A DNA stretch of 64,000 nt, from assembly GCA_051362555.1 (NCBI GenBank), contig CM120649.1, positions 10,540,001 through 10,604,000 of the forward strand, read 5' to 3'. The position numbers and the translations under genes are program-made. Source of the stretch: Lingula anatina (Eukaryota; Animalia; Brachiopoda). Shown piece after piece: positions 51,361-64,000 of the stretch (its first letter is position 1; each line of letters opens with the position of its first letter). The notes beneath the pieces are model-generated. The model was not told the origin of the DNA and searched no databases. It saw only the letters and a program-made list of their open reading frames with translations.

Positions 51361-52765
51361 GGTAATGTTACAGTGTGAACAAATTCGATGATTTACGAAT
51401 GTACACCACCGTTTGACAGTCGTTGAATTTTCAAAAGGAACAAAATCTCTCCTCTGTGCATCAAATACACATTTTTTTCGCAACTTCCCGTATCGAAATT
51501 GGAATGAAGAAAAACTACAGATGGGAGTGATTTTAACGAATGAAGTGAATGGGGGTATATGGCGATTTTATCTAAAATAATTAACCGATTTTGATCGTTT
51601 TTAAGTTTGATGGTAGATAAATATGGTGCCTTGTAGTCTTAGGTTCATTTACCCGATTTTGAGCCAATCAAGGAGAAAGTCGAAAGTGATTTCAACTATA
51701 ACTTTCGTGCTACGTTGTAGTACATGTACTGTATAGCTGGCCTAATTGGTCAACGAAGACGATCTGAAGAAACATTTGTAAAATATCGGGACATTCAAAT
51801 TAATATACGTTTTATTTTTTTGGTATGTAAATAAAGGTAAACATATGGTTTATCAATAAATATAAACTATACCCCCAATATACTGCTAAAGGTAAAACAT
51901 ATGATACAAGCAAATGATTTTCAAAATGAATGACTAGCATTTTCAGGTAACGGCAGAGGTCAGTAAAGCCTTTTTTATCAGTAAAGCATAAGCAACAAAA
52001 GCACCTCATAGAAAGTATATGTAAATGACACTCAGCACATTATACTTCAGTACAAAAACCACAGAAAAATTATAGCTATGCCAAGTATAATCAAACAATA
52101 CATACCTATAGCCTGTACTGTGCAACCTCGAGAAACCCCACTTCAAGTAAGATGTAAAATAAAATCTAAACTAAAACAAACCAGGCTGTCAACATTTTTC
52201 TGGTATTAGGAGCACAGTATTTTACATTTTAAAGACAAAAAGTAAAACTACGTCCCATGTTATGATTGCAAAATCAATACAACACAACTAAAAATATTAT
52301 TCAAGATTGTTCCTATTCCACAATGAAAGAAATATTACTACAAAATGCACCATAGAAAATCCTATGAAGTACCAATTAATGCAAATATCTGTAATATAAA
52401 AAGCACCCCTATCACAGTTATGAAGTATATGTTACTAAACCCCTATAAAACTGAAAACAAAATAAAATAGAAAGCTGCTCTGTGCATGGAATGTTTAACA
52501 AAGATTGAACATTGCACTGATTTTCAGCATAATAGAATATATAACTGTCTTTAATAATAAATTGCATGTCTGATTTCCATTGACCACATTAAAACATTCT
52601 CCCTGTAGAATACTATAACAATTGTATAAATGCCTAAAGATATGTGACATAAAAACATGTTGCTTTAAATTTGTGCAAACATTAAAACCTGTGACTTACA
52701 TCATTTTGATATACAACCCTCAGAGATAGTTCAAGTCCAGTCACGGCTATGTATTGGCCATACTC

Positions 52766-52939
52766 ACAGCCAGTTGATCTGCTGACTAACTGGTCTGTGG
52801 ATCAAATATGGTGGGACTCATCTGAAAGGATGTTGAAATTGCTCTGCCCCTGCTGGGATAGTGCATGTGGCAGGCAGGAATCCATTGTCAAGTACGTGCC
52901 ACATTTGATCCAAAGTTAGCCTGCTGATCAGCTGGTTGT
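52766..52939. repeat. Old imperfect inverted repeat (MITE relic) in the presumptive TMCO3 3' UTR
   Basis: ACAGCCAGTTGATCTGCTGACTAACT..TGGATCAAATATGG pairs with CCACATTTGATCCAAAGTTAGCCTGCTGATCAGCTGGTTGT. Confidence 0.6.
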
Positions 52940-53806
52940 AAAGGCGACCATATGTGTTCAAAGACCCTGATTTGAATCTTAATACATTTCAAAATCTGCC
53001 ATCAATATAATGGACATGTGCTAAAAAATTCAATAAATTTAACTTACAGAATTTCTTTGAAGCTTACTGTTAAAACTGCATTTTACAAGTAAAACAACGG
53101 CTTAGCTTTACCCAATATTGTCCAATTGTACTTATATGTCGTGTATATGTCAGAGCACTTGCTCTTATATTCATTTAAAAACAGATACAGTAGACTCTCC
53201 ATAAAACAATTTTGGATAAACCAAACACTAGCTTATACTACCCCAGTATAAAATTGCACTGAATTGGGAAGGTCTGCAGTCCTGTTTAATGACACAGTAG
53301 GGTTTATATGTGTAATGGAATATGCAACAGACAAAAATAGTCTGGCACTAACCACAGATATATAGTAAAATAAAACCTCAATGGACAAGTTATCCAACAC
53401 CTGAAAACATTCTCAGACCATTCATCCACGTCATGTTTGCTTGCTCCATCACTTAATTGTCTTTATTTTAAGTAACTGAAATTAAAAAAGTGAGCAAACA
53501 ATTTCTTACTCTTCCTGCAACCTTGCATACAGTTCATTGCTAAATGTGCCATTGTAAAGTTGGTGGCAGTTACATTGTATTGCTGAAGAGCTTTGGGGGT
53601 TCAATGTCTGCCAAAGTTTCCCATAACATACTGTTCACATCCCACATTATATCAGAACAAGATCTGTCACCTTGACATCATCCAAAACTCACTTAATCAC
53701 ATCACCTGTCAAACAGTGATAGATACATGTATCTGTCATTTTGTGAATATATATGTGTTATTATGAACAGCTTATGGAACATATTTATCACCTGGGAAGT
53801 ATAATG

Positions 53807-56800
53807 CTATAAGCTATTCTCATTCCTTTGTATAAAGTTTTCTGAGTTACAAGAAGGCGTATCTAAAACTTCAACCATGTTGGAATTTTTGTCTAATTCA
53901 TTTGAGGAAGTTGCTTCGTTCTCAGACAATTCTGATTCTGAGCTTCTCTGGCCGCTTTTTGTTTTGCCATTTTGCCTCTTCCTAGAAAGGAAAACAAAGA
54001 CAATATTTGCTGTACAGTTTCTGAGAAACTGAATGTGAATAAATTTAACCACAAAATGTTTTAATTCATTAAAAAAATCAGAGCTTATCTTGTGAACAGG
54101 TTTTATTATAAACAGTGGCAAAGGGTGACTTGACAATTTACACAGTTTGTTTTTAATTTGAGAAAATTCATGTGCCAGGTTTGTTAATCATAAAAAAATA
54201 AAATAAAATGAAATATCCATATCTTGATGTTTTATTTTTTTTAAACATAGGTACAAAAACTCATATAAGAACAGAGACATTTAACATGAATCTCAACTGG
54301 TCTGTGACATCTCAGACGTGGGACGTATCAACCCCAAGTCCCTTTAACATGACTACACTGGACCCCAACCACACCCTGACCTCATTAAACATGTAACAAT
54401 ATCTGGACTAGGTTTCCCACAGCTGCCAGAACACACCCCTTTAAGAATTTTTCCAACTAACAAATCACAAACCTTTCAACAAGAGCACTGAAGATTTTTA
54501 TTTCCCTTGCTTAGGACAACACCAAGAAGAAAGCCATACCCTAGAATTATAGATTATTGTGCTGCACATAACAATAACCAAAACATTTGTAGTAAGAAAT
54601 TAAAAATAATCAATGTTAAACAAACATACAAAGTCCTTCCAATCCCCATGAATCATGCTTTTCCCTTACTCCAACCCCCCCCCCTCTCTCTCTCTGTATC
54701 TTCCACCAATTAAAGGAATCACAACTGTTCGTATGAGATTCATATTTCATAATAAATACATCGTAAACAACTCATAGAAATATAAAAAATTCCATTTTAC
54801 CACCAAAAGAGCAGTTTACTCAATTATTCCGTGCTTGCCTTAGACCATGTCAACCTTCATAGATTGCTAACTTTGAATGATGGATAGTCATAAACCATTG
54901 GCAAGTGTGGGGAAACAGTTGTTTTCTGACCAAAACGAACAGTTGCTATCCATTTTAACAGACACACGTATATCATCAACATCAACCATATTGCTCCACT
55001 GTACAAGTAAATAAGCAGACATCATTAAGTTTATTACTTTTAACCAACATAAAACATCACAAATCCAACAGTTAACTCACCAACTGTTAACTATTACTTA
55101 AATTAAAGGAAATAACTGAGTATAAAAATACTGTAATAACCCATAGTAAAGACTTTGTTAAGCTTTTATCCAAAGTAAAATAAGAAAGCAGTGGCTAAGT
55201 ATAAACAAAAAGTTCTGTGACTTTACTCGAAAGTAAGGTGATGATAAAAAGTCCCAGTAGTTATTATAAAGAGCACAAGACGTGGAACCTTTGACAAATA
55301 AAATAATTAATAATATTTATTCAAGTGACTATTGGTAAAACAACTTTTAAATAAAAACAGAACGTTACAAAGTAAATGTAATTAGATGTGAAGTAGATAC
55401 TGTAACGTATATTTCATATAAAGATCTCACTGTTTTTCAAACTGACAACTAAAACAAGCATTGCCCAGTAAAACACTGATTGCCTCACTTGCCTTGTGCA
55501 TCATTTCTAATTTCATACAACATCATATTGAGTACAGGGGCTGCTCTTAAATAATTGATGTATACAAAGGACCAAACAAATGGCAGAGATTTTTCTGGTG
55601 CCAGAGATAAATTTTCTTGAATTCATTTACTTGAAGCAAAAGACCAATAATATACTATCTTTTCATTAAAAAATATAAATGTTAAACAATGTCAAAATTC
55701 ACAAATGAATTTTCAATTAAACAAAGTTTCAATGTTTGGCATTATTATAACAGCCAATTTCAAGTCTAACAACCAAGAAATTGTCATTCTATATCAAAAA
55801 TATATCAATGCTGGAAATACTTAGTAAAGCAGTGTGCAGGATGAAACAATATGATCAACCACTCAAATGTGCTCTTTATAATAATACTCATATTTCAAGA
55901 TATAATTTGAAAAAAAAATTAAATAGAAAATATATAACAATACTTAAAAAATACCTAGCATTCCTGAAAGTGTGCAAGTGCAAAATAAGAAAATATAACA
56001 CAATATTGAACTAAGTAATAAACAGAAGTTAAATTATTAGTGATCTACAAAAGAACATAGGGCCTGGAAGTTGGGAAAACGCACTTCTTTAAACAATGTG
56101 CTATGAGAACCACTGGACAGGACATTCTCACAAACACCTAGAAAATGTGTAAGCCCAACATGCTACATAAAATTCTGATAATAACCTGTATACTAGTAGC
56201 AAGTTTCTACATGTGGACTATGCTCGATAAAGTAGAGCTGGTGAAAGAGAGGCTACCAGGAGGAGAATGGCTACATAGCTGATAAGAAAAAAAAAATTAG
56301 AACAATGAACTAGGATTATAATTAATTTGACTTGGATTTGTAAATAAAACCAATTGCTAGTTGGAAAAAAAATATAGCATTCCAGGATATATTGCCAAAA
56401 TTAACAGTGTGTACTAGTAAGCATTTTTTTACAAGGACATCATATCTAATTAATTACATTAAGTTAGTTAGCAGAAGCAGTATCTGGCAAGATGGGAAAA
56501 GACTAGTTGTTTATTTGGTACAAATGCATTAGAGACACTATACTAGTAGTAAGCAAATACTTGAATCTTATTAACTTTAGCAGTTAGATGTTAATTAAAA
56601 GGTTATGAAAAGAAAGCTGTACTAGAAGTAACAGAAAAATCATAAGAGGTGCAATATTTTAATCTCAAACTAAAATTATTTTGCTAATACACATCATCTG
56701 GAAAACACTAGTATAAAACATACTAGACAGAACATGTAGCACAAAAAATGCATGCATGGGAACTTACGCCGTGCTCTGTCGCAATCTTGACTGCCATACT

Positions 56801-59800
56801 GTGGCTCTCCATAAGATGGGAGCAAACAGTAGACTAAGGGTGGTCACGCTGAGGATCAGCAGGTAAACCTATAGACATGGGGAGAGATAGTTAAACCATA
56901 TGAAGAGAAACTAGAACTTGTTCAAATATCTAAATATCTCACAAATAACATTTTCAGGATATTATAATGATTAGCTGCACGTGAACAATGCATGCAAAAC
57001 ATACATGTACTGCACTTCTTGCACTGCAAGTTGAAAAGACACAACTCAATATCTATTCAACTTTATCTGGCACTTTCAAAAACAGTCTCTCCCATCAAAT
57101 TTTGTAAGTTACAAGTGGTTTGATAAAACTTATTTAAGCATATGACTGTCTGGTTTGTAAATTTTATCACATTAATAGAAAAACATTAATATCTTGGAAA
57201 TTATATGGAAAATTCCATAAATTCAGACAACATACTGGTAAATATATAGTATTTAATTTTTGCAAAACAATAATTTGTCTGACACACTAAAACTTACATG
57301 TATAACAGCCAATTCAAAAGCATTGTCAATGAATGTTTAGTCAGTTTTAAGATAAGTGTAAATTTCACAGTACAATGTCGTGGGCCTATGAAAAAGATAA
57401 ATCTTGAAAAAATTCAAGCACATCAATATTTACAATAATTACCATAAAATTACTGTACAAAACTGAAGCCATAAGCACCTACCTCTCTAGAAATCAATCC
57501 TAATCGTCTGGCTCTGCTTCCTAGGACTAGGGAGAACTCGCTGACTTGAGCAAGGCCTGCAGACACCACCCACTTTGATTTACGAGAGTTGTCTGGCAGT
57601 AACACTGACAGGACGGCAACACTGGAGAAAAACTGAACAAAGAAATGCAAACAGAGCTATTATGACTTTTATTAACTACTGTGAAATAGGTTTCTCATCA
57701 TCTCTAGTGTAAAAATATAAAACAAGGTAGCAAAGTTGTCAAATGTACAGGCACAAAGCAGAAAACAAGTATGCTGACGTACAATAAAGTTATTACATTA
57801 TTTTCAGTAGCATTATCACCACCAATTTTAATTATTTACATAAAAGGCAAATCATTTACAGAGGGACTAGACACTCTTATAAGGCAAACTGTTCTGATGC
57901 TTTTGCAGCTCATATCAGAGTCATTCAATGAAATACAAGGCCCTCTGATAAAAGGTTGACTCATAATGCCTCACACATTAAATCTCTTTAGAAATTACTT
58001 TTTTATTTACTTTTTTTACAGCTTTCAATATCAAAATTGAGAGTAAAATAAGGCACCAGACATTAAAACATTCAATTTGTCTTTGGTCAAATTAAATTAG
58101 CTGAAGCCACTGGCAAATATTTTTTTTAGCAAAAACTGAAGTCTGGTGTAAATTATTATACTGATCACATACCTTGAGGACCACTGTAACAATTTACCTT
58201 AAATCCTACAACTGCTAATGTCAATGTTGTTAGAATGGTCAGTTCATAGACCAAGAATGTGGGGAATATATGAAGACCTGAAACAGAATTTGTGACAAAT
58301 AAAAACTTTATCAAAACAAACCAACAACATTCAATTCATAATAATTTTTGTGAAGTACCATAGCATATCAATATTTTAGTTGATAAAATGCAAAGCAAGA
58401 ATACAGATAACATCCAAAACAAATACTGCTAAAAAATTCCAACTGAAAGGGAAAATGTGAAACATAGCTCATTACAATAAGCTTGAGAATCAGAAATATG
58501 ATAAAATGTCAAAATATTGGTACTTGCCTATAGATGCAAAGAAAATACAGCCAAGAAAATCTTTGATCTGCTGCATGAGTTTTTCTAAATCTCCTGCCAG
58601 CTGTGGTCCCTGTGCACTCAACATTACCCCTGCCAGGAAACAACCCAACTCCATAGAGACTTGCAGATAATTTGTTATCTGTAATATTAAATGCTTGAAT
58701 ATTTTATTTATATCAAAATTTGACAGGGTGGGTTAAACATTGTTAATATAGATGGTAAAAACCGTCTCTGACCACTGAACAAAGCCCCCACATATTCCTA
58801 ATTCCATAATTTCTAATAAAACCTTTAGTGATTTAGAATTGCAGCTGATCAACAGAAAATGTGTTAGTTGTGATATGAACACAATCAGGTGGACCAGTGT
58901 TATTCCTTCAATATCAAATGGTATAAGTAGTAAGAATAAACCTTCCTTGTCCTTCTCATTGTGCCCTGACCTCATCTAACACATTCTGTGGTCTTTCTAT
59001 GTTTTGATACTGAACTGATAAAATTGGTATAAAACACTTTTCACTCATTATCTAACCATCACTCAACAAACACCATACTATTTTCTTTTGGTATAAAAAG
59101 TAAACTTTTGATCAGTGAAACAATTTTTTTACCTATGAGGCATGGCGTTTGGTCACTTCATCAATATGGGTAGAGACAGGGTAAAATGATACATCACAAG
59201 TTTAAAAACATGGGTTTTATTTCCTTAGAAATGGGTTACTTTTTCTACCAATAATCCGTGTCATAGTTTCAGGAAAATTGATACAGCTAACAGTTCATGG
59301 ACTTTTTATTGATCAGAAACACCATTTTGTTAAAACAACTTTTCATACCAGTTTGCCATAATACAATGGGAGTCCCATGAACAATCACCCACAAAAGTGA
59401 GATCCGGGATGTTTGGTTCAATAGGTCTTGACATGCACCATGGTGTAAGTCAGATACACCACTCCTCAACAGGGTACATATACATGTACATGAGACATCC
59501 TATTCATGGTACTCCTCATGACATCTGCTCATGCTTCGTATTCATATATATATCACCTACTCCTCACTGACTCATGGTGTATTTGTTACACAGAGCATAC
59601 TCACAGTTAACATAAGGAAGACCAGGGTTACACTGCCCAGCACCAGAATTTCTCTGGACCCCGACATCACCAGCTGCTTGAAGACAAAGGACACCACGTA
59701 CCGTGCTCCCAACACTGTTACCAGAAGAACTGAGACAAGATCTGGAAATACAAACAACAGGTGCTGGACAAAAAAAATGTGGCTAAAAGCAGTTCAAATT

Positions 59801-61233
59801 AATTCTTTATTAAATTTTTAACGTGCCCCTTACAGAAATTTTCTTTAGACGTATAGAAAATTGGGACAAATCCTTTAGGGTCCTATAAGACATCTGACAG
59901 AATTCCTACAGAGTCCCATAGATTCATGAAGGATTCCAATAGAGTCCCATACAGTCCTATAGCACCTCTTATAGGAAATTTTCTTAAATCAAAAGCAAGT
60001 ACTATTATAATAATGTTAAGCAATTTTGATTACAATTAACTGTGCTCGAGGGAGCAAAGAACACATGGATATAACGCTGTATTTAAGTATGTATCTGAGG
60101 ATGCATGACACCTTTTGTTTGTGCACTGCTTGCTATATACAATCCTAGAATTTACTGAGGAGAGGATGGGTAGAACAAGGGGAAAAGTAATTTCATATTA
60201 CTCTGCATTTTGCAGATTAATGAGGGGGAGGGGAGGAGATATTTTGTTTCTGTAGGGGACATGGCTGGGGGTAAGGGTTGGTAAAGCTAGGTGTGCCACC
60301 TGCCTCTGCGGCCTTCTTCCTGGGGAGGGCAGGGCGGATCCAGGATTATTTGAAAGGGGGGTCCGGGGATGCAAAGCCGACCAGGACCCCCCTGACCACC
60401 CCCCCCTTCTAAATCTGCCACTGGGGGGTTGGAAGGGGACCACCAATCTGTGAATGTTAGTGTGAGCCACAGTGAATGTCAATCATCCTGACTCCACTCA
60501 ATAAATATCATGACACACTCACTTATAACAAGTTCCAATGTGACCCAGGCGTAATGTCTGGCCACTCCCTCCACTGTGCCAGCTCCAGAGGTCCCATGTC
60601 CTGCTAACACAGGTAACAGAGCCATCAGAATCCCCAGCCATACATCCTGCATTATCAACACTCCAAGCAGGATGGTGCCATAGTCGTATTCTGGCCTCGG
60701 TCTGGAGGATGTTGGAACTAATGTATAACAGGGGAAAAAGAGGCTAGTGTTACATATGGCATCTAATGGTCGATCGCTTCAAACATGGACATTTTTGGTC
60801 AAAATGTGGACTTCTGGTAAATAAATGCTTATGATTCATACAACATCATCAGATTCTTGGCGTGCTCTGGCAGATCTTAACTCTAACTGGCTTTTTAATT
60901 AATTCATTGGTACTAGTATCTTTTGTGTATGCGTGTTAATTCAAATACACTCACAATTATAATATAGGACAAATAATGATAAAAATACTGATATCTACAC
61001 ATTATGCAGATTTGAAAAAAGAAAATAAAAGACTCACCTTCCTCTTCCCTCCTATCAAGGTAGCCAGTTTGACTTAAGAACTTCACCACCAGAGGTGTAC
61101 TGGACAGAGACAGACAAGCTGAGACAAAGGCACTCTCATTAATGGTGGACTTTAGCTGCAGGCCCACCACAATACCTGCAATCACCATCACTGACATCAT
61201 CATTGTACAGCCTATAGTGGCAACTTTGAACAC
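53807..61233 (-). CDS. TMCO3: Transmembrane and coiled-coil domain-containing protein 3 (CPA2/KefC-like cation:H+ antiporter), 3' eight exons; 5' part lies beyond the window
   Basis: Exons 61038-61233, 60523-60717, 59605-59741, 58528-58678, 58198-58277, 57483-57632, 56768-56868 and 53807-53981 are phase-consistent. Motifs [106 protein letters not shown]. Confidence 0.93.
60330..60423. mobile_element. Short hAT-like MITE, same family (intronic in TMCO3)
   Basis: CAGGGCGGATCCAGGATTATT ... AAATCTGCCACTG. Confidence 0.65.
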
Positions 61234-62447
61234 CTGGAATGAATCAATAAAAAGATTGATGAATTAATCTCATATCATGTATTTCAATATTGTAAATATA
61301 AGATGAATTAACACTATGTGAAATAGAGTGCCCCTGAAAAGGTCACCTTAAATTCTGGATTCCAGTGTAGTTTCAACCCCATCAAAATATGAGATAACAT
61401 CATGGCTAGCATAATCACTACCCAAGTATATACACCTCAGTGGCAACAATATTTATCTAGATAAAGAAGGCAATATTGAATCTTAAACTACTTGTTCAAA
61501 TGGACACAGGGCTTACAGATATATACAGTAGTGCTCAATAACTGAGTCAATCTTATTTCATAATTTCTCAAAGGCAATTCTAGAAATGGCAAAATCATAA
61601 CTACTGAACAGATTTTCATTCAAAGGTCTAATAAATTTATCCAATAACCTACTTGTAGCTGTCATTACAACAATAACCTTTAGTCATCCTGCAAATTATC
61701 AAACAAGTGTTACTGTGTTAGTGCCATGAAGGTTTAAGAAAACTAACTTCTTAAACATTTAAAGCTTCTATAATGTCAGCTAAATGTGTTACATGTTTTA
61801 ATTTAAACTCTGGACTGGTAGTTGTAACTTGGTATAAATAGATCCAAGATTTCAATGGCCATACATAATAATACTCAGAGCTTATCTCTTAGCCAGTTTC
61901 AATCACATAATTGTTTTATTAACTAAGAGTACATCAGTCAGTCTGGATAATAGCTTGGTCTTGGTTAATTTTTATATTAATAAATTATACAATTATTTCT
62001 CTTTGTACATGTTAACATGCAGTAGTACCTAGTATATATAATAAAAAGTTCATATCTCCAAAGCTTTGATTAAACATGACAGCAAGCTAGTTGACATTTT
62101 ATAGACTGGTTTAAATGGTCGATGCCAAAACCCTTTAACCTACTAATATAACCTAGCAGGAGCAGGCAACCAGAAGGAACAGTGTCCAAAACTGAACAAA
62201 TTTATATTTTATTGGGAAAGGTTCAGTTTTACTTAAGTGCAGGGCCATTGTCCATCTTGTTAACTGTGTTCACTATACATTTTATTGTTGGCATGCTTCT
62301 CCCATTTACTTCAATTTGGAAAATATGGCATAATGTTGCACCTTTAAAAAATCTATACTGATATCATTATATGTTTGAATATGTGAGAAAGCAGTTAACA
62401 TTCAATATAATTATAATGTGTCACTATACTGTTACTAACAGTACTAG

Positions 62448-62590
62448 GTACAAAGTCTTACCAGCAAGAGTGAGATCACTTTAAGAGCATGTTTTGACAA
62501 TTCAGTAGTAATAACACACCCCTAAATTGTGCTTGGTACAAAGTCTGACCAGCAAGAGTTACATCACTTTAAGAGCATGTTTTGACAATG
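62448..62590. repeat. ~87-bp tandem duplication
   Basis: GGTACAAAGTCTKACCAGCAAGAGT...ATCACTTTAAGAGCATGTTTTGACAAT occurs twice. Confidence 0.8.
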
Positions 62591-62959
62591 CAGCAGTGGC
62601 ATCCATCACAACTGGTGACATAAATGTCACTGACATCTAAATTCCCATTGGCTACTAGATGACTAATTTCAGACTATATTCAAAATCAAGTGATATAACA
62701 GCTAGAACCCATCTATTTACATGTGCACAAGGTAAACTTTCAACATGCAAATATACGATCATTCATTTCCATAAGTTCTGGCACCCCATGTTTTAGGCAT
62801 AAGGGTTTGAGACATTGCCAAAAGCAAGCAAACAACTGTCACATCCTCACTGCAGATAGGGAGACAATTCAAGGTAAGATTAATAATGCTTTAACTTAAT
62901 GATTATATCAAACAAAGGAAAATATACAGAAATTTGCAAATAAATAAAATGATAAAATA

Positions 62960-63900
62960 AATACAAGGTAGCAAAGCTGTCAAATGTGCACACAAAAAGA
63001 AAATGATGATGCACAACATAGGTTATTTTGTCAATTTTGATGCAATAATACATTACGCTTAAAAGCAAAGTCAACACCAAATTTTACTTATGCACAGTCC
63101 ACAGGTGACACTGGTGTTAGGAATATGTAAGAAGCACAAGGCTTCAGGCCCATGAGAGTTTAAATTCACCCAATGTGATGTGTGCCACAATGAGAAAAAT
63201 AAAAGTTTCACACTGTATAAATTCAAGAAAAAAAAAAAAAAAAACAATCTAGCTGGTTTTCCTGTTTGAGCTGTTTGTCAACCCTAAGAATCATTCTTGT
63301 AAGTTATAAAATAATAACACAGTTTTCATAGCATTTGTGGTGGCAGCGCACAAAACAGATTTTTTTGTCAATTTTGATGCAATATTACGTATATTAACAG
63401 CATAATCACCACCAATTTTAGTTATCTTATATATTTAACATGGACATTCAGAAAATATAACTAACATACAGCTTTATTCTTATTGAGAGTTCTAATTCCC
63501 ACATTGAAAATGCCAACATGTGAAAAAATGAACATTTCACAAAAACTGCACTTCTTCCAGAAAATTAATCCAGTCAGGCTGGTTTTGCAATTTAAGATGT
63601 ATTTTCAATCCTGTGAATCCTTTCTGTAAGTTTGAGAATCATAAATGACATGGTTTTCATATAATGGTCATTGTGGCAGCAGTGTCCAAAATGCATTTTT
63701 TTTAAAATTTTGATGAAATATTACACAATGCTTAAAAGCACAACCACCACTGTTTAATTATGGGATGCAATGCAGGTAACATTTAAAAAATGTAATTAAC
63801 AAAGGTCTTCAGGCCCATGGAAGTTCAAAGTCATGCCTGAAAATGCCATTATATGTGAAAAATGAAGATCAACATTTCACATAAAAAAAAAAAAAAAAAA
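62960..63900. repeat. Diverged ~335-bp tandem repeat (about three copies) in a TMCO3 intron
   Basis: AATTTTGATGMAATA at ~63033, ~63370 and ~63706; CTTCAGGCCCATG at ~63143 and ~63807; related fragment AAGGTAGCAAAGYTGTCAAATGT at ~57725 and ~62966. Confidence 0.65.
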
Positions 63901-64000
63901 AAAGAAACTTTATGTGTTATCTGGATTGCATATATACTGGAAATAAAAGACAACATTACTTTTGGAAAATGGACTGATCAAGCTGATTTTCAAACTCTAC

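Noticed and set aside
61234-64000. Expected upstream TMCO3 exon (GEFGV..GLEFS motif)
   Set aside because: Not found; the stretch appears intronic, so the exon is presumably beyond the window.

Overview
AT-rich, intron-rich eukaryotic DNA, most likely an invertebrate animal (spliceosomal introns, many MITEs, apparently mosaic CpG depletion). There are no prokaryotic features. Three spliced protein-coding genes lie on the minus strand; I assembled their exons by hand from splice signals and phase continuity. (1) 20381-34915: a 20-exon, ~2058-aa polycystin-1-like protein with a signal peptide, a very short ectodomain, TM1, PLAT, TM2-3, a ~1500-aa loop carrying two copies of an unrecognised C-x2-C-x12-H-x2-C domain, and TM4-5. 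It then stops, so it lacks both the REJ/GAIN ectodomain and the TOP/S1-S6 channel half. (2) 39039-46923: a 9-exon, ~389-aa SABATH-family (Methyltransf_7-like) SAM-dependent methyltransferase whose frame appears to need a GA-AG intron. (3) 53807-61233: the 3' part of TMCO3 (CPA2/KefC-like antiporter), with a GC-AG intron; its 5' exons lie beyond the window. The rest is repeats: a hierarchical tandem array (191/960/1921 bp) at 1-4975, a 1.7-kb hAT-like deletion derivative inside the polycystin-like gene, a probable solo LTR, DINE-1/HINE-like elements, and many MITEs and palindromes. The most novel-looking item is the channel-less, ectodomain-less polycystin-like gene, with its new Zn-finger-like repeat, a microprotein-producing cassette exon and a possible transposon-derived internal first exon.
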